Positions 22,877 through 35,244 are shown, counted from the stretch's first letter. The stretch is DNA of 64,000 nt from an uncultured Pelagibacteraceae bacterium (GCA_902560245.1 CACELK010000008.1:4459-68458), one strand, 5' to 3'. Numbers and translations are program-made. Notes: generated by a model not told the origin, from the letters alone.

Positions 22877-24165
22877 TATTTAAAAGGATCTATAATTAAA
22901 ATTGTATCATTTCTCTCAGGGCTAGTAGAAATACTTGAAATTTTTGTTTCGACAAAATTTTCCAGTTCTTTGATATAAATTTTGGCATTTTCAGGAAGAT
23001 CATTAAAATTTTTAGTTCCTTTTGTTGATGATTTCCATCCTTTAAAACTTTTATAAATTGGTTTTGCTTTAATTTGATCATCTACCGCAGCAGGTAAATA
23101 ATCTAATTTTTTTCCATCTAGTTCATATGCAATACACATTTTAATTTCATCTAAACTATCTAAGACATCAAGTTTTGTTAAAGCTATGCCATCTATGCCA
23201 GCTATTTTAATAGTTTGCCTAACCAATACACCATCAAACCAACCACATCTTCTTTTACGACTCGTAACAGTTCCAAACTCTTTGCCTCTATTTCCTAACT
23301 CTTCTCCAATATTATCTTTTAATTCTGTCGGAAAAGGTCCTTCTCCAACTCTTGTTGTGTATGCTTTGGTAATACCCAAAACATAATTTATTGAATTTGG
23401 TCCACAACCTGAACCAGTGGCAGCAGCCGAGGCTACCGTATTTGATGAAGTTACAAATGGGTAAGTTCCATGATCAACATCTAACAATACACCTTGAGCG
23501 CCTTCAAATAATATTTTTTTTCCACTTAATTTAAATTCATCGATTTTTTTCCAAACTGGTTGTGAGAATTTTAATATATCTGGTGCGATTTTTAATAAAT
23601 CATCTTTAAGTTTATTTTTTTTGCAAATGTCCTTTCCCAAACCTTTTCTTATAGCGTTGTGGTGCAATAATACAGTTTCTAATCTGTGATCTAAATTTTT
23701 TTCCGAAATCAGATCCATAACTCTAATTGATCTTCTTCCAATTTTATCCTCGTAAGCAGGTCCTATGCCTCTCCTAGTGGTGCCAATTTTAGCTTTACCA
23801 GCGGCATCTTCTCTTATTTCATCCATTTCTCTGTGGAAAGGTAAAATTAAATTTGCAGCCTCTGAAATGATTAAATTTTTTTCGGTTACATTTATCCCTT
23901 TTGATTTTATCTCCTCTATTTCATCTAATAAAGCCCAAGGATCGATAACAACACCATTTCCAATTATGGAAATTTTTCCTTTTCTTACTATGCCAGAAGG
24001 AAGAAGTCTTAATTTATAAGTAACTCCATCAATAACAAGAGTATGCCCAGCGTTATGTCCCCCTTGAAATCTGACAATAACATCGGCTTCACTTGAAAGC
24101 CAGTCAACTATTTTTCCCTTTCCTTCATCTCCCCATTGAGAACCAACTACTACAACATTTTTCAT
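22873..24165 (-). CDS. purA: Adenylosuccinate synthetase
   Basis: [17 protein letters not shown] and GTYPFVTSS motifs. Confidence 0.98.
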   Translation of the reverse strand: MKNVVVVGSQWGDEGKGKIVDWLSSEADVIVRFQGGHNAGHTLVIDGVTYKLRLLPSGIVRKGKISIIGNGVVIDPWALLDEIEEIKSKGINVTEKNLIISEAANLILPFHREMDEIREDAAGKAKIGTTRRGIGPAYEDKIGRRSIRVMDLISEKNLDHRLETVLLHHNAIRKGLGKDICKKNKLKDDLLKIAPDILKFSQPVWKKIDEFKLSGKKILFEGAQGVLLDVDHGTYPFVTSSNTVASAAATGSGCGPNSINYVLGITKAYTTRVGEGPFPTELKDNIGEELGNRGKEFGTVTSRKRRCGWFDGVLVRQTIKIAGIDGIALTKLDVLDSLDEIKMCIAYELDGKKLDYLPAAVDDQIKAKPIYKSFKGWKSSTKGTKNFNDLPENAKIYIKELENFVETKISSISTSPERNDTILIIDPFKY

Positions 24166-24974
24166 TTATATTTTTTTTTTATAGTTATCGCACTAATATG
24201 ATTTATTGGTCCATGACCCATTCCAAATTTAGGTGCTGTACCAATAGAGTTGTTAACATACTTAATTGCCATCTCACAAGATTTCTTTAAAGTTTTTCCA
24301 CACGAATAATAAGTTGTAATAGCGCTGGATAATGTACACCCTGTTCCATGGGTATGTTTTGAATCTATTCTTTTATTAGTAAAAATTTTAATTTCTTTGT
24401 TATTTAAAAAAATATCTTTGAGAAATGTTTGTCTTATGTGGCCACCTTTTAAAAGGACATTTTTAGCACCTAATTTAAGCAAAATTTTTCCACTACTAAT
24501 CATATCCTCCAAGTTTTTAATTTTGCTTTTAGTTAGCACCTCTGCCTCGGGTATATTTGGTGTAATTAAATCAGTTTTATTTATTAAATTATATTTTAAA
24601 ACTTTTATTGACTTATCATCAATTAGTTTAGCACCTCCTTTTGCAACCATTACTGGGTCTAATATGACCTTCTTAACTTTAATTTTTTTTAAAGATTTAA
24701 TAACTGCATATATTACTTCTGAGCTATGTAGCATTCCAATTTTAACAGCATCAGGTTTAATATCTTTAGAAGTAAATTCAATTTGTTTTGATATTTCATT
24801 GGGAGAAATTGGAACTATTGATTTTACGCCTAAAGTATTTTGTGCAGTTACAGCTGTTATTGCCGTCATAGCATATGAGCCTAGTGCAGTAACTGTTTTA
24901 ATATCTGCTTGAATACCAGCTCCTCCTGACGAGTCAGACCCCGCAATAATTAATATTTTAGAATTAGGTTTCAA
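24162..24974 (-). CDS. thiD: Hydroxymethylpyrimidine/phosphomethylpyrimidine kinase (probable TTG start 24974)
   Basis: [17 protein letters not shown] and THGTGCTLS motifs. Confidence 0.96.
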   Translation of the reverse strand: MKPNSKILIIAGSDSSGGAGIQADIKTVTALGSYAMTAITAVTAQNTLGVKSIVPISPNEISKQIEFTSKDIKPDAVKIGMLHSSEVIYAVIKSLKKIKVKKVILDPVMVAKGGAKLIDDKSIKVLKYNLINKTDLITPNIPEAEVLTKSKIKNLEDMISSGKILLKLGAKNVLLKGGHIRQTFLKDIFLNNKEIKIFTNKRIDSKHTHGTGCTLSSAITTYYSCGKTLKKSCEMAIKYVNNSIGTAPKFGMGHGPINHISAITIKKKYK

Positions 24975-24975
24975 T

Positions 24976-26307
24976 TTACTTAATTGATTTTTTAACAATT
25001 TTAATACACTTTAGCAACAAAGCCCTATCATGAGACTCTCCCATTATTCTTATTTTAGACTCGGTACCAGATGCGCGAACTAACATTCTTCCACTTTCAT
25101 TTATTAGTTTTGAACTCAATTTAATTGATTTTTTACATTTAACAGAATTGATGATTGATTTATCTTTTACTTCAACGTTCTCTAAAATTTGAGGCGTTAA
25201 ATTAAATAAATTAAATAACTTACTTGACTTAATCCCCTTTCTCATTGAATATAATACTTCTAATGCAACTAACAACCCATCTCCAGTTGTTGCAAATTTT
25301 CCTAATATAATATGTCCAGATTGTTCACCACCTAAGTTAAATTTATTCTTCTTCATCAATTCTTTTACATGTTTGTCTCCTACTTTAGATCTTACAAATT
25401 TAATTCTTTTAGTCTTAAAATATTTTTCCAACCCATAATTAGACATTAAAGTTCCAACCACTCCACCTTTTAATATTTTTTTTCTTTTCCATCTATCTGC
25501 CAACATTGCAATAATCTGATCGCCATCAACAATTTCATATTTTTCATTACATAAAATTACTCTATCAGCGTCTCCATCTAAAGAAATCCCAAGATTAACT
25601 TTATGTTTTTTTGCGAGCGACTTAATAGAATTAGGAAATGTAGACCCGCATTTATTATTGATATTAAACCCATTTGGACTTACACCGCTAGTATAAACTT
25701 TAGCGCCTAAAGATCTAAATAGTTTTGGGGCAGCTTTATATCCTGCGCCATTTGCACAATCTAAAGCTATTTTTATTCCCTTAAGATTAAATTTTTTAGG
25801 GAAATTACTTTTAAGAATATTTATATATCTATCATTTGCATCCTCTAATCGTTTTACCCGTCCAAGTTTAAAGGTATCTGATAAATTTTTTGAAATATTC
25901 GAATCTATTAGCTTTTCAATTTTTTTTTCAATTCTATCTGATAATTTTAATCCATCGGGTCCAAAAAGTTTTAAACCATTATCATAATGTGGATTATGGG
26001 AGGCGGTAATCATTATTCCTAAATTAGCTTTCATTTGCTTGGTTAACATAGCTAATCCGTTTGTAGGTAATGGACCGAGAGTATAAACATGCATACCAGC
26101 TGATGCCAAGCCTGAAACTAACGCAGGCTCAAGAGTGTAACCAGATAATCTAGTGTCTTTTGCGATTACTGCAATTTGTTTATTTTTTTTTAAGTTTTTA
26201 AAATAGGTTCCAGCCGCAAGACCAAATCGAAAAAACATTTCGCCATTAATTTTTTCTTTATTTACTTTTCCTCTAATACCATCGGTGCCAAAATATTTTT
26301 TTATCAT
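24976..26307 (-). CDS. glmM: Phosphoglucosamine mutase
   Basis: FGTDGIRG, TASHNP, DGDADR and GGEQSGH motifs. Confidence 0.97.
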   Translation of the reverse strand: MIKKYFGTDGIRGKVNKEKINGEMFFRFGLAAGTYFKNLKKNKQIAVIAKDTRLSGYTLEPALVSGLASAGMHVYTLGPLPTNGLAMLTKQMKANLGIMITASHNPHYDNGLKLFGPDGLKLSDRIEKKIEKLIDSNISKNLSDTFKLGRVKRLEDANDRYINILKSNFPKKFNLKGIKIALDCANGAGYKAAPKLFRSLGAKVYTSGVSPNGFNINNKCGSTFPNSIKSLAKKHKVNLGISLDGDADRVILCNEKYEIVDGDQIIAMLADRWKRKKILKGGVVGTLMSNYGLEKYFKTKRIKFVRSKVGDKHVKELMKKNKFNLGGEQSGHIILGKFATTGDGLLVALEVLYSMRKGIKSSKLFNLFNLTPQILENVEVKDKSIINSVKCKKSIKLSSKLINESGRMLVRASGTESKIRIMGESHDRALLLKCIKIVKKSIK

Positions 26308-26309
26308 TA

Positions 26310-27359
26310 TTAAAATTTTAGTGATTTAAACACTTTTATTGCTTGATTAACCTCATTAACATCATGTACCCTTAAAATCTGGACACCTTGCGTCATGGCC
26401 AACAAGCAAGATGATATTGTTCCTCCAATTCTTTCTTTACTATCATTTAAGCCAGATAAATGTTTTATAAAACTTTTTCTGGAAGTTCCTAAGAGTATAG
26501 GAAAACCTAATGAGTGAAAAATAGAAATGTTACTTATTAGGCTCATATTATGTTTCAAGTTTTTACCAAAACCTATTCCTGGATCTAATATTATATTATT
26601 ATGTTTAATACCCAAATTTCTTATCGTTTTTATTTTTTTTTCAAAAAAATCAAATATGTCTAAAACTACATTTTTATATTTTGGATTTTTTTGCATATTT
26701 TGAGGTGTCCCTTGCATATGATGAATAACAAAAGGAATTTTATATTTTTTTAATATAATTAATATTTTAGGATCATATTTTAAACCTGATACATCATTTA
26801 TTAAGTCAACTCTATACTTTATTGCTTTTTCAATGACCCAACTTTTTCTCGTATCTAAAGAAATTAGATTTTTAAGTTTTTTTATATTTTTTAAGGTTGG
26901 ATAAATTCTATTCCATTCGATTTTTTTATCTATAATTTTTGATTTAGGTCTTGTTGACTCTCCACCGATATCTAAAATTTTGCTTCCTTTGCTAATTAAA
27001 TATTTAGCATGATTTAATCCTAAATTTTTTTTATTAAATTTTCCTCCATCGGAAAAACTATCAGGTGTTAAATTTATAATTCCCATTAAAATTGGTAAAT
27101 TTTGAAAATTTAAACCTTTAAACTTTTTTTTCTTAGTAATTATTTTAATATCTTTTTTAATTTTTTGTTTTATTTCTTTTGGAAGGGTGTTTATTTGTTT
27201 TATAGAAATCTTTTTCTTACTTTTTCTCGATAAAATTTCTATAGAATCAAAAGAAATTCTATAACTCCCATGAAGAGGAAGAGATAAACCTTTTTTTACT
27301 TTTTCAATTGAATTTTTGCCAAAATAAAAATTACACACTTTTGTGTAATATTTTAACAT
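26310..27359 (-). CDS. folP: Dihydropteroate synthase with N-terminal extension
   Basis: NLTPDSFSDGG, GGESTRP, DPGIGF and RVHDV motifs. Confidence 0.96.
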   Translation of the reverse strand: MLKYYTKVCNFYFGKNSIEKVKKGLSLPLHGSYRISFDSIEILSRKSKKKISIKQINTLPKEIKQKIKKDIKIITKKKKFKGLNFQNLPILMGIINLTPDSFSDGGKFNKKNLGLNHAKYLISKGSKILDIGGESTRPKSKIIDKKIEWNRIYPTLKNIKKLKNLISLDTRKSWVIEKAIKYRVDLINDVSGLKYDPKILIILKKYKIPFVIHHMQGTPQNMQKNPKYKNVVLDIFDFFEKKIKTIRNLGIKHNNIILDPGIGFGKNLKHNMSLISNISIFHSLGFPILLGTSRKSFIKHLSGLNDSKERIGGTISSCLLAMTQGVQILRVHDVNEVNQAIKVFKSLKF

Positions 27360-27363
27360 AAAT

Positions 27364-29256
27364 CTAATGTACTATTTTTGGCTTTAGTCCCATAGAGCCC
27401 AAAGCTGAGTCGCTATTTTCTTCCTCAGTTTTTAAGTCCTCTTTATTAGTCGGGTAGATATTTTTATTAATTAAATTTTCTATTTCTTCACCCGTTAAAG
27501 TTTCGTATGTTAAAAGTGCTTTTGCTAATTTGTGTAAGTCATCAATCTTTTCAGTAAGGACTTTTCTAGCTCTCTCATAACCTTTTTCAACAAATTTTTT
27601 TATTTCAGCATCAACTTTTTTTGCAGTCTCCTCAGACATATTTTGTTGTCTTGCGACGGATCTTCCTAAGAAGACCTCCTCTTCATTTTCACCATAAGCA
27701 ACTGGACCTAATTCTTTGCTTAAACCAGCTCTCATAACCATCGCCCTAGCTCTCTTTGTAGCTTGCTCAATATCACTTACAGCACCAGTGGTAACTTTAT
27801 CTTCTCCAAAAATTATTTCTTCTGCTACTCTCCCGCCCATAGCAATAGCCATTTGAGCGTGAAGTTGTTCCCTGGTTTGTGATACTTCATCTTTTTCAGG
27901 CAGCTGCATTACCATTCCAAGTGCTCTACCTCGAGGAATAATTGTCGCCTTATGAATTGGGTAAGCTGCTTTTTCGTTTATTGTAACTATAGCATGGCCA
28001 GCTTCATGATAAGCTGTTAATTTCTTTTCTTCCTCAGTCATTACCATTGATCTTCTTTCGGCTCCCATCATAACTTTGTCTTTCGCATCTTCAAACTCGG
28101 CAAAAGTTACAATTCTTTTATTTTTTCTTGCGGCTAATAAAGCAGCCTCATTTACAAGGTTAGCTAAATCTGCTCCCGAAAAACCTGGAGTTCCTCTTGC
28201 AACAGTTCTTAAATTAACATCTGGTGCCATTGATATTTTTTTAGCATGGACTTTAAGTATTTTTTCCCTCCCAATAATATCTGGAAGAGAAACAACAACT
28301 TGTCTATCAAACCTACCAGGTCTTAAAAGTGCTGGATCTAATACATCGGGCCTGTTTGTTGCTGCAATTATTATTACTCCTTCATTTGTATCAAAACCGT
28401 CCATTTCAACAAGCAATTGGTTTAAAGTCTGTTCTCTTTCATCATTTCCTCCGCCCAAACCTGCTCCTCGGCTTCTCCCGACAGCATCAATTTCGTCAAT
28501 AAAAATTATACAAGGTGAATGTTTTTTACCTTGCTCAAACATGTCTCTAACTCTTGATGCACCAACTCCAACAAACATCTCAACAAAATCCGATCCTGAA
28601 ATTGTAAAAAAAGGCACTCCTGCTTCGCCGGCTATTGCTCTTGCCAATAATGTTTTTCCTGTGCCTGGGGGGCCAACTAATAAACAACCTCTAGGAATTT
28701 TTCCTCCTAACCTGCTAAATTTTCTTGGGTCTTTTAAAAATTCGACTACTTCTTCTACTTCTTCTTTTGCCTCTTCTACACCAGCTACATCATTAAAAGT
28801 AACTTTGCCTTTAATTTCATTCATCATTTTTGCTTTTGATCGACCAAATCCCATAGCTCCGCCTTTTCCACCTTGCATTTGTCTCATGAAGAATATCCAA
28901 ACTGCAATTAGTAGTAACATTGGAAACCAAGATAAAAGCACGCCTAAAAGCGAAGGCATTTTTTCATCAACGGGCGAAGCTGAAATACTTACACCTTTTT
29001 CTGTAAGTTTTTCTATTAAATTTGGATAGTTCGGAGAATAAGTTGAAAATATTTCACCATTAGACATTACGCCTTTAATATTATTTTCCTTAATTTCTAC
29101 TTTTACAACCCTACCGTTGTCTACCTCGGTTAAGAATTCAGAAAAAATTATAGGATTAGATTTATTCAATGATCCTTGAGGATTTTTAAACATATTATAA
29201 AGGCCTATAGTTAGAAAAACTATCACTGCCCACATGGCTAAATTTTTAAAATTCAT
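27364..29256 (-). CDS. ftsH: ATP-dependent zinc metalloprotease FtsH (start moved to ATG 29256)
   Basis: Two TM segments, GPPGTGKT, second region of homology, HEAGH. Confidence 0.98.
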   Translation of the reverse strand: MNFKNLAMWAVIVFLTIGLYNMFKNPQGSLNKSNPIIFSEFLTEVDNGRVVKVEIKENNIKGVMSNGEIFSTYSPNYPNLIEKLTEKGVSISASPVDEKMPSLLGVLLSWFPMLLLIAVWIFFMRQMQGGKGGAMGFGRSKAKMMNEIKGKVTFNDVAGVEEAKEEVEEVVEFLKDPRKFSRLGGKIPRGCLLVGPPGTGKTLLARAIAGEAGVPFFTISGSDFVEMFVGVGASRVRDMFEQGKKHSPCIIFIDEIDAVGRSRGAGLGGGNDEREQTLNQLLVEMDGFDTNEGVIIIAATNRPDVLDPALLRPGRFDRQVVVSLPDIIGREKILKVHAKKISMAPDVNLRTVARGTPGFSGADLANLVNEAALLAARKNKRIVTFAEFEDAKDKVMMGAERRSMVMTEEEKKLTAYHEAGHAIVTINEKAAYPIHKATIIPRGRALGMVMQLPEKDEVSQTREQLHAQMAIAMGGRVAEEIIFGEDKVTTGAVSDIEQATKRARAMVMRAGLSKELGPVAYGENEEEVFLGRSVARQQNMSEETAKKVDAEIKKFVEKGYERARKVLTEKIDDLHKLAKALLTYETLTGEEIENLINKNIYPTNKEDLKTEEENSDSALGSMGLKPKIVH

Positions 29257-29263
29257 AACATTA

Positions 29264-29291
29264 AGATAAGAATTATTGCAGATTAAACAAG
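29264..29291 (-). promoter_or_regulatory. Sigma-32-type promoter of ftsH
   Basis: CTTG-N17-CTTATCT, matching the alphaproteobacterial RpoH consensus CTTG-N17-CYTATNT, 7 nt before the ATG. Confidence 0.6.
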
Positions 29292-29319
29292 TGGCAATTT
29301 GATGCAAAATTTAAGAATT

Positions 29320-30360
29320 TCATGATCTTTCTTGAAAAACAATGATAGTTTCACTTGCTTTTTCAATTATACAACCGCCCAAAGTTGTTTTTTTAAAATT
29401 TTGGTCTTTTATTTGCAAAATTGCATTATTAATACTTTTGCCTCTCGGCAAATAGTATCTTCGGCTAACTTTCTTAAGCACATTTCCCATTGACCTAAAA
29501 ATAACTTCATTAGGTTGGTTAAAAAAATTTTTGTTCAAAAAAAATTTTCTTTTGTTCTCGAAAAAAACTGAATTTTGATCTAAATTTTGTTTTGCAAAAT
29601 AATCAACAGTACTATTTGAATCTTTTAAATTTTTAATTGTAAGTTTTAATTTATTTTTATCTAAACCTTCAAATTCTAAGGTTTTAATTAAATTTCTTAT
29701 TCTAATTCTTTTAAATTTTTCATCTAAATTTGATGGATCATCAATAAAAAAATTAAATACTTTTTTTGAAATATTTTTTAATTCGGCTTTTTTAACATAT
29801 ATTAATGGTCTAATAATTTTTAAACTATTAAAATTATCATTAGAGATTTTATCCAAAGAGACCAGGCCTTTTAAGCCGCTTCCTCTTAAAATTCTTAAAA
29901 GAAAATTCTCATATAAATCATCTAAATTGTGACCTGTTAATAGATAAATTGTATTCGTTTTTTTACATTCGTTCCCTAGCAAGTTATATCTTTTTTCTCT
30001 TGCATTTGATTGAATATTTGACTGAGGTTTATTACCTTTCCAAGTGAGAATTTTACAATTAATGTTCAATTTTTTTTTAAGAATTTTTAAAACTTTTTTT
30101 GCTTCTAACGTTGAGTCTTTTCTTAATTTATGATCAACATGATAATACTTAATTTTTATCTTATATAAGATCGATATACATTTTGTTAAATAAGCTAAAG
30201 CAAGACTATCAGGGCCCCCAGATATAGCGGCTGCATATGTATTTTTTTTGTTAATTGATTTTTTAAACTCATAAAAAACATTTTGAATATCTTTGTGGTT
30301 TAAATACTTAAGAATTGACTTATGTTTTTTTGTTTTTACACTCAAACTTTTTTTCTTCAT
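29320..30360 (-). CDS. tilS: tRNA(Ile)-lysidine synthetase (start uncertain: ATG 30360 or TTG 30345)
   Basis: SGGPDS PP-loop, VDHKLR and DDPSN motifs. Confidence 0.93.
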   Translation of the reverse strand: MKKKSLSVKTKKHKSILKYLNHKDIQNVFYEFKKSINKKNTYAAAISGGPDSLALAYLTKCISILYKIKIKYYHVDHKLRKDSTLEAKKVLKILKKKLNINCKILTWKGNKPQSNIQSNAREKRYNLLGNECKKTNTIYLLTGHNLDDLYENFLLRILRGSGLKGLVSLDKISNDNFNSLKIIRPLIYVKKAELKNISKKVFNFFIDDPSNLDEKFKRIRIRNLIKTLEFEGLDKNKLKLTIKNLKDSNSTVDYFAKQNLDQNSVFFENKRKFFLNKNFFNQPNEVIFRSMGNVLKKVSRRYYLPRGKSINNAILQIKDQNFKKTTLGGCIIEKASETIIVFQERS

Positions 30361-31309
30361 ATTTTGCTTTTTGAAGAACTGATTGTTTTGCTTTAGGGTA
30401 TTGTTTTTGTACACCGGTAATCATTAAACAACCCTGATCTTTCTCTCCTATTTGAACTAATGATACACCAAGTTTTAATAAATTTATAGGACCCTTATCA
30501 CTTTTAGGATATTTTTGATATCCCTCAAGATATGCAGATGCTGCATCAGTATATAACTGTCTTATTCTAAAAGTTTCTGCATACCAATATTGTGCGTTAC
30601 CAGCTAATTTATGATCTGGATTTGTATCAACAAATTCTTTAAATGCTCTTTCTGCGGTATTGTAATCACCAACTTTTAGAAAACTAGTAGCAAACTCATA
30701 CTGTTTTTCAGGAGATTCTTTTGGAAGTAATTTTTCCTCTGAGCTAAATTCTTCAGTAATTATTGTGCCTGTTGATTCTATTGATTGAGTTTCTTGAGTA
30801 GTTAATTTTGTTTCTGTGTCTTTATAAGAAATTGATCCTAAATCTTGGGGTTGAGAAGATCCAGGTAGTGACTTTTCTTGATCGTTACTTTTTAAAACCA
30901 AATCTTTATTTTGATTAATGTTAAAATCAGTTGTGTTTGAGTAATTTTCTAATTGTTGAAATCTTATTTGATTATCAGCTTGTACTTTTGATAACCTGTT
31001 CGACAATTTATCTAATTTAAAGTTTATTTCCTCAAATCTATTTGTCAAATCCTGAAACTGTTTTTCAATTTCAGTTAATTTTAATAAATGTCTAGTAAGT
31101 ACATCCTCTGAATTCTGATCAAAAGAAGTATTTGATATTTCGCTGCTATTTTCTGCGTAGACTGCTTTTTCTAATGTATTAATATCTTTTTGAAGAGTAT
31201 TTAAAATCGTTAAAATTTCCTCATTAGTATTTTCAGCAAAAGATTTGCTTTGATATAAAGTCAAAATTAAAAAGAAACAAAACGAGGTAAGTTTTATAAT
31301 CTTTAGCAT
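30320..31309 (-). CDS. cpoB: Tol-Pal system protein YbgF/CpoB (probable start 31309)
   Basis: Signal peptide, coiled coil and TPR (NAQYWYAET); lies after pal. Confidence 0.9.
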   Translation of the reverse strand: MLKIIKLTSFCFFLILTLYQSKSFAENTNEEILTILNTLQKDINTLEKAVYAENSSEISNTSFDQNSEDVLTRHLLKLTEIEKQFQDLTNRFEEINFKLDKLSNRLSKVQADNQIRFQQLENYSNTTDFNINQNKDLVLKSNDQEKSLPGSSQPQDLGSISYKDTETKLTTQETQSIESTGTIITEEFSSEEKLLPKESPEKQYEFATSFLKVGDYNTAERAFKEFVDTNPDHKLAGNAQYWYAETFRIRQLYTDAASAYLEGYQKYPKSDKGPINLLKLGVSLVQIGEKDQGCLMITGVQKQYPKAKQSVLQKAKYEEKKFECKNKKT

Positions 31310-31337
31310 TAAGTTTATTTGTATGTATAATGATGGC

Positions 31338-31377
31338 AAAAAAAAGACCCTGAATAACTATTAAACAGGGTCTTTTT
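31338..31377 (-). terminator. Intrinsic terminator after pal, possibly bidirectional
   Basis: AAAAAGACCCTG...CAGGGTCTTTTT perfect stem with T8 tail on the minus strand. Confidence 0.85.
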
Positions 31378-31387
31378 ATAAAACTTT

Positions 31388-31864
31388 TTAATTAGCTTTT
31401 ACAGTAACTGATCTTCTATTTTTTGACCACGAAAGCGGATTAGAACCTGAGTCTACAGGTCTTTCTTTTCCATAACTTATTACAGAAATCCTATCGGCAG
31501 AAATTCCATATGTCATTAAATAGTCTTTAGCAGCATTAGCTCTTCTCTCTCCTAGTGCTAAGTTGTATTCTCTAGTACCTCTTTCGTCAGCATGTCCCTC
31601 AACAACTATGTTAATTTTAGAATTTTTTCTTAACCACGCTGCTTGTTTTCTTAAAGTCTCTCTTGACTTAGTAGTTAAAACAGATTCGTTGGTTGCAAAG
31701 AAAACTCTGTCCGGAACTCCAGATGCTAAATATTCAACGGTGTCAGTACCTGTATAAACATCACCTTGTAATTGACCAGTGCTCACTTTTTTTGCACAAG
31801 CTGAAAGTGCAAAACAGGCTAGTATTATTAGAAGGCTGTTTTTAAAAATTTTGTTCAGATTCAT
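31388..31864 (-). CDS. pal: Peptidoglycan-associated lipoprotein
   Basis: Lipobox LSAC; EGHADERGTREYNLALGERRA motif; AAGGAG SD. Confidence 0.97.
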   Translation of the reverse strand: MNLNKIFKNSLLIILACFALSACAKKVSTGQLQGDVYTGTDTVEYLASGVPDRVFFATNESVLTTKSRETLRKQAAWLRKNSKINIVVEGHADERGTREYNLALGERRANAAKDYLMTYGISADRISVISYGKERPVDSGSNPLSWSKNRRSVTVKAN

Positions 31865-31943
31865 TCTTACTCCTTAAAATTGAATAGTATGACTTTTTCA
31901 CACCTAATTAAATCTTTCAAGCCTAAAAATCAACTATTTAATA

Positions 31944-33284
31944 TCAATTACTTAATAAAGACGACCAAGATGGGTCAGAAGCGTCGGTTTCTGTGTCTAC
32001 GAGCCTCTCATTATAACCTGTTAAATCTATTGACCACAGTTTCGCAGAGAAACCCTCTCCTTTTTCATCTGTTTTTGTCTCTCTATAAAAAATTAGTACC
32101 CTTCCATTTGGAGACCAAGAAGGTGCTTCTTGATAGAAATTTTCAGTTAGTAATCTTTCTCCCTTTCCATTTGTTCTCATTACCCCAATATAAAACTTTC
32201 CTTTATGTAATTTTGTGAAAGCAATTAAATCACCTCTTGGTGACCAAACTGGTGTTCCATATAAGCCCTTTCCAAAAGAAATTCTTTTTACATTAGATCC
32301 ATCACTTTTCATAATATAAATTTGCTGGTAACCACTTCTATCAGAATTAAAACAAATATATTTACCATCAGGTGAATAAGATGGTGAGGTATCAATAGAT
32401 GGATGATTTGTTATTCTTTCAACAATTCTGTTTTCAAGATCCATAGTATAAATATCAGAATTTCCATCTTTCGCGAAACTCATAATAATTTTTTTTCCAT
32501 CAGGTGAAAATCTAGGAGCAAATGTCATTCCAGGAAAATCTCCTACCACTTCTTGAATTCCAGTTTCAATGTCCAATAAATAAACTCTAGGTAAATTTCT
32601 AAAATAAGACAAATAGGTAACCATCTGGTTAGTTGGATTAAATCTTGGAGTCAATACCAGTTCATTTCCTAAAGTTAAGTACTTCGTATTAAATCCATCT
32701 TGATCCATAATAGCTAATTTTTTTATCCTTTTTGTCTTAGGTCCTTCCTCTGATACGTAAATAATTCTTGTATCAAAATAACCTTTTTCACCAGTTAGCC
32801 TCTCATAAATTTTATCAGTAATAATATGTCCTACTCTTCTCCAATTACTTGGAACTGTTGTAAATGCCAAAGCCATCATTTCTTTTGCCGCAAGAACATC
32901 CCATAGTCTAAATTCAACTCTTAATTTATCATCAATCAACGTAACCTTGCCAGTAATCAAAGCTTGAGCTTTAATTAAAGCCCAATCTTCAAATCTAGGT
33001 TTTAAATGGGCAATGTCTGGTTTTTGTAAAAAAGAATCTTTGTTTAATGGATTAAACAGTCCAGACTTTTTTAAATTATTTTCAATAACAAAGGAAATTT
33101 CTGATCCTATATCTTCCTTTTCATTTGTTTTTTTTAAATTACTTTTTGTCTCTTTATCGGAGAATAAAGGAGATACAGCAATTGGAAGAGGGTTTAAATT
33201 ACCTCTTGTTATATCAACCTCTATTAATGCAAAAGAATTTATAGGTAATAAAAATACAAAAATTATTAAATATCTTAAAAACAT
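31944..33284 (-). CDS. tolB: Tol-Pal beta-propeller protein
   Basis: [13 protein letters not shown] and repeated PxWSP(D/N)G motifs. Confidence 0.97.
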   Translation of the reverse strand: MFLRYLIIFVFLLPINSFALIEVDITRGNLNPLPIAVSPLFSDKETKSNLKKTNEKEDIGSEISFVIENNLKKSGLFNPLNKDSFLQKPDIAHLKPRFEDWALIKAQALITGKVTLIDDKLRVEFRLWDVLAAKEMMALAFTTVPSNWRRVGHIITDKIYERLTGEKGYFDTRIIYVSEEGPKTKRIKKLAIMDQDGFNTKYLTLGNELVLTPRFNPTNQMVTYLSYFRNLPRVYLLDIETGIQEVVGDFPGMTFAPRFSPDGKKIIMSFAKDGNSDIYTMDLENRIVERITNHPSIDTSPSYSPDGKYICFNSDRSGYQQIYIMKSDGSNVKRISFGKGLYGTPVWSPRGDLIAFTKLHKGKFYIGVMRTNGKGERLLTENFYQEAPSWSPNGRVLIFYRETKTDEKGEGFSAKLWSIDLTGYNERLVDTETDASDPSWSSLLSN

Positions 33285-33286
33285 AT

Positions 33287-34093
33287 TTATCCCTCTAACA
33301 TTTCTCTGGCATCAAAGTTTAACTGCAAATCTTTCCATCTTTCGTATCCTGTTGATGGTACTCTGAGAGGTTGGCATAATTGAATTGCTCGAAGTGCGCT
33401 CTCAGCTAGAACTTTGTAAAAACCTTGGCCTGGTTTATTCATTCGTGCATGATCTAATATTTCGGACTTTATAACTGATCCATCTGGTTTTAATTTTAAC
33501 TTAATCCTTACTAATAAATTTTCATTATAGGGTAAACCAAGTGGTATACTCCAACAACCAAAAATTTGGGCTTTCAAAGCATCTTCCTCACTCAGAGATA
33601 AACCAATATTATCGACTGTATTATCTTGATTTTGAGAAACTTTAAATGTTTTTTCTGCTGTTTCACCTACATCCTCTTTAGATTTATCTATAAGTGCAGC
33701 TATGTTGTTTGGATCAAAAAGCTCTTTTTTTTCAAACTCTGAAGCTTGTTTTACTTTGTTGTCTATTTTTTCAGGATTTTGTTTTTTATCTTCTAATTTT
33801 TGGACTTTTTCTATATTTTCATCTGGTAATGGAATTGCCTCAGGCTTTTCTTTTTTAATAATTTTTGGTGGAGCTTGTTCTGATACTAATTTTTCTTTTT
33901 CTTTTACTTTTTCAATAATTTTTTTTGCTTTTGGTGCAAAAGGAATATTAGTTTTTTCGGTGATTTGAATAAGCTCTATTGAAACAATTGGAGGAAGATC
34001 AATTGGTTTTTTTGCTAAAAAAGGTAAACTCATTGCAGTAATTAAAATAATTATTAAATGAAAAGAAGATGAAATAATAACATTTCTAGTCAC
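33287..34093 (-). CDS. tolA: TolA (short form)
   Basis: N-terminal TM with SxxxH, charged linker, C-terminal CW..P...SALRAI..C domain. Confidence 0.88.
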   Translation of the reverse strand: MTRNVIISSSFHLIIILITAMSLPFLAKKPIDLPPIVSIELIQITEKTNIPFAPKAKKIIEKVKEKEKLVSEQAPPKIIKKEKPEAIPLPDENIEKVQKLEDKKQNPEKIDNKVKQASEFEKKELFDPNNIAALIDKSKEDVGETAEKTFKVSQNQDNTVDNIGLSLSEEDALKAQIFGCWSIPLGLPYNENLLVRIKLKLKPDGSVIKSEILDHARMNKPGQGFYKVLAESALRAIQLCQPLRVPSTGYERWKDLQLNFDAREMLEG

Positions 34094-34098
34094 AGAAA

Positions 34099-34515
34099 TT
34101 ACCTTTCTTTGTATGGTTCAGAAATCAAAGCTACCTTTGTAAATCCTGATCCAGACAACATTCCCATAACTTCCAAAACTCTTCCATAATTTATTGTTTT
34201 ATCGCCTCTAACATAAATTCTTGTATCCGTTCTATTTTTTGAAACTGCTAATATTTTTGCTATAATTTTATCGTATTCTACTTTGGACTCCTGAATAAAA
34301 ATTTCTCCTTTTGAATTTATTGTTAGTGTTAAAGGTTCTTGCTCCTCAGGTAGCGAGTCCGCTGAGCTCTCTGGCAAATCAACTTGTACACCTACAGTTA
34401 ATAAAGGAGCTGTTACCATAAAAATAATTAAAAGTACCAACATTACATCAACAAATGGAGTTACATTTATTTCACTCATAGGATCTTTTGATGAACGTTT
34501 TATATTAAAAGCCAT
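34099..34515 (-). CDS. tolR: TolR
   Basis: EINVTPFVDVMLVLLIIFMVTAP motif. Confidence 0.96.
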   Translation of the reverse strand: MAFNIKRSSKDPMSEINVTPFVDVMLVLLIIFMVTAPLLTVGVQVDLPESSADSLPEEQEPLTLTINSKGEIFIQESKVEYDKIIAKILAVSKNRTDTRIYVRGDKTINYGRVLEVMGMLSGSGFTKVALISEPYKER

Positions 34516-34516
34516 T

Positions 34517-35191
34517 TTAAATTATAGATAAAAATCTTTTTGAAAAATTTTCTAACTTTTGTGAATACTTTTTTGCGTCTTGATTAAATTTATTATAGGC
34601 GACAACAGCTGGTATAGCAGCTAATAAACCCAAAGCTGTAGCAAATAATGCTTCGGCTATACCTGGGGCAACAATTGCTAAACTTGTATTTCTTGAAATT
34701 GCGATTGATTGAAAAGAATTCATAATTCCCCAAACTGTTCCAAACAAACCTATAAATGGAGCTGTCGATCCAACTGTTGCAAGAAAAGTATATCCTTTTT
34801 CAATTTTTTCCATCTGCTTATCAATATTTATTTCTAACATTCTAGACATCTTCTCATTTAAATTTGGTCCACGTCTAGATTTGAGCATTACATGCATCGA
34901 GTCTTTGAATACAATAGTCAAAGGGTCTTCTGTTTTTGAAGGAAGATTATTATAAAAATTCTCTGCTGATTTTGATTTCCAAAATTTATTTTCAAAATCT
35001 TCAGATGAGATATTTATTTTTTTAAATAATTTTATTTTTTCTATAATAACAGCCCATGAATATATTGAGCATGCTATTAAAATTATAATTACACTTTTTA
35101 CAATTATATCCGCTCTAATAAATAATTTATAAATTGAAAAATCCGTATTACTTGCTAGTCCAACAGCTTGTGATGTTATATCTGCTTCCAT
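34517..35191 (-). CDS. tolQ: TolQ
   Basis: PFIGLFGTVWGIM and APGIAEALFATA motifs. Confidence 0.97.
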   Translation of the reverse strand: MEADITSQAVGLASNTDFSIYKLFIRADIIVKSVIIILIACSIYSWAVIIEKIKLFKKINISSEDFENKFWKSKSAENFYNNLPSKTEDPLTIVFKDSMHVMLKSRRGPNLNEKMSRMLEINIDKQMEKIEKGYTFLATVGSTAPFIGLFGTVWGIMNSFQSIAISRNTSLAIVAPGIAEALFATALGLLAAIPAVVAYNKFNQDAKKYSQKLENFSKRFLSII

Positions 35192-35244
35192 AAATAAGAT
35201 CTCACACTAAAATGTGTCATGAATTTGTCTTTAATATCAATATA

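Noticed and set aside
28076-29029. 317-aa plus-strand ORF opposite ftsH
   Set aside because: Antisense shadow of a conserved gene. It is S/P/F-rich with no motifs.
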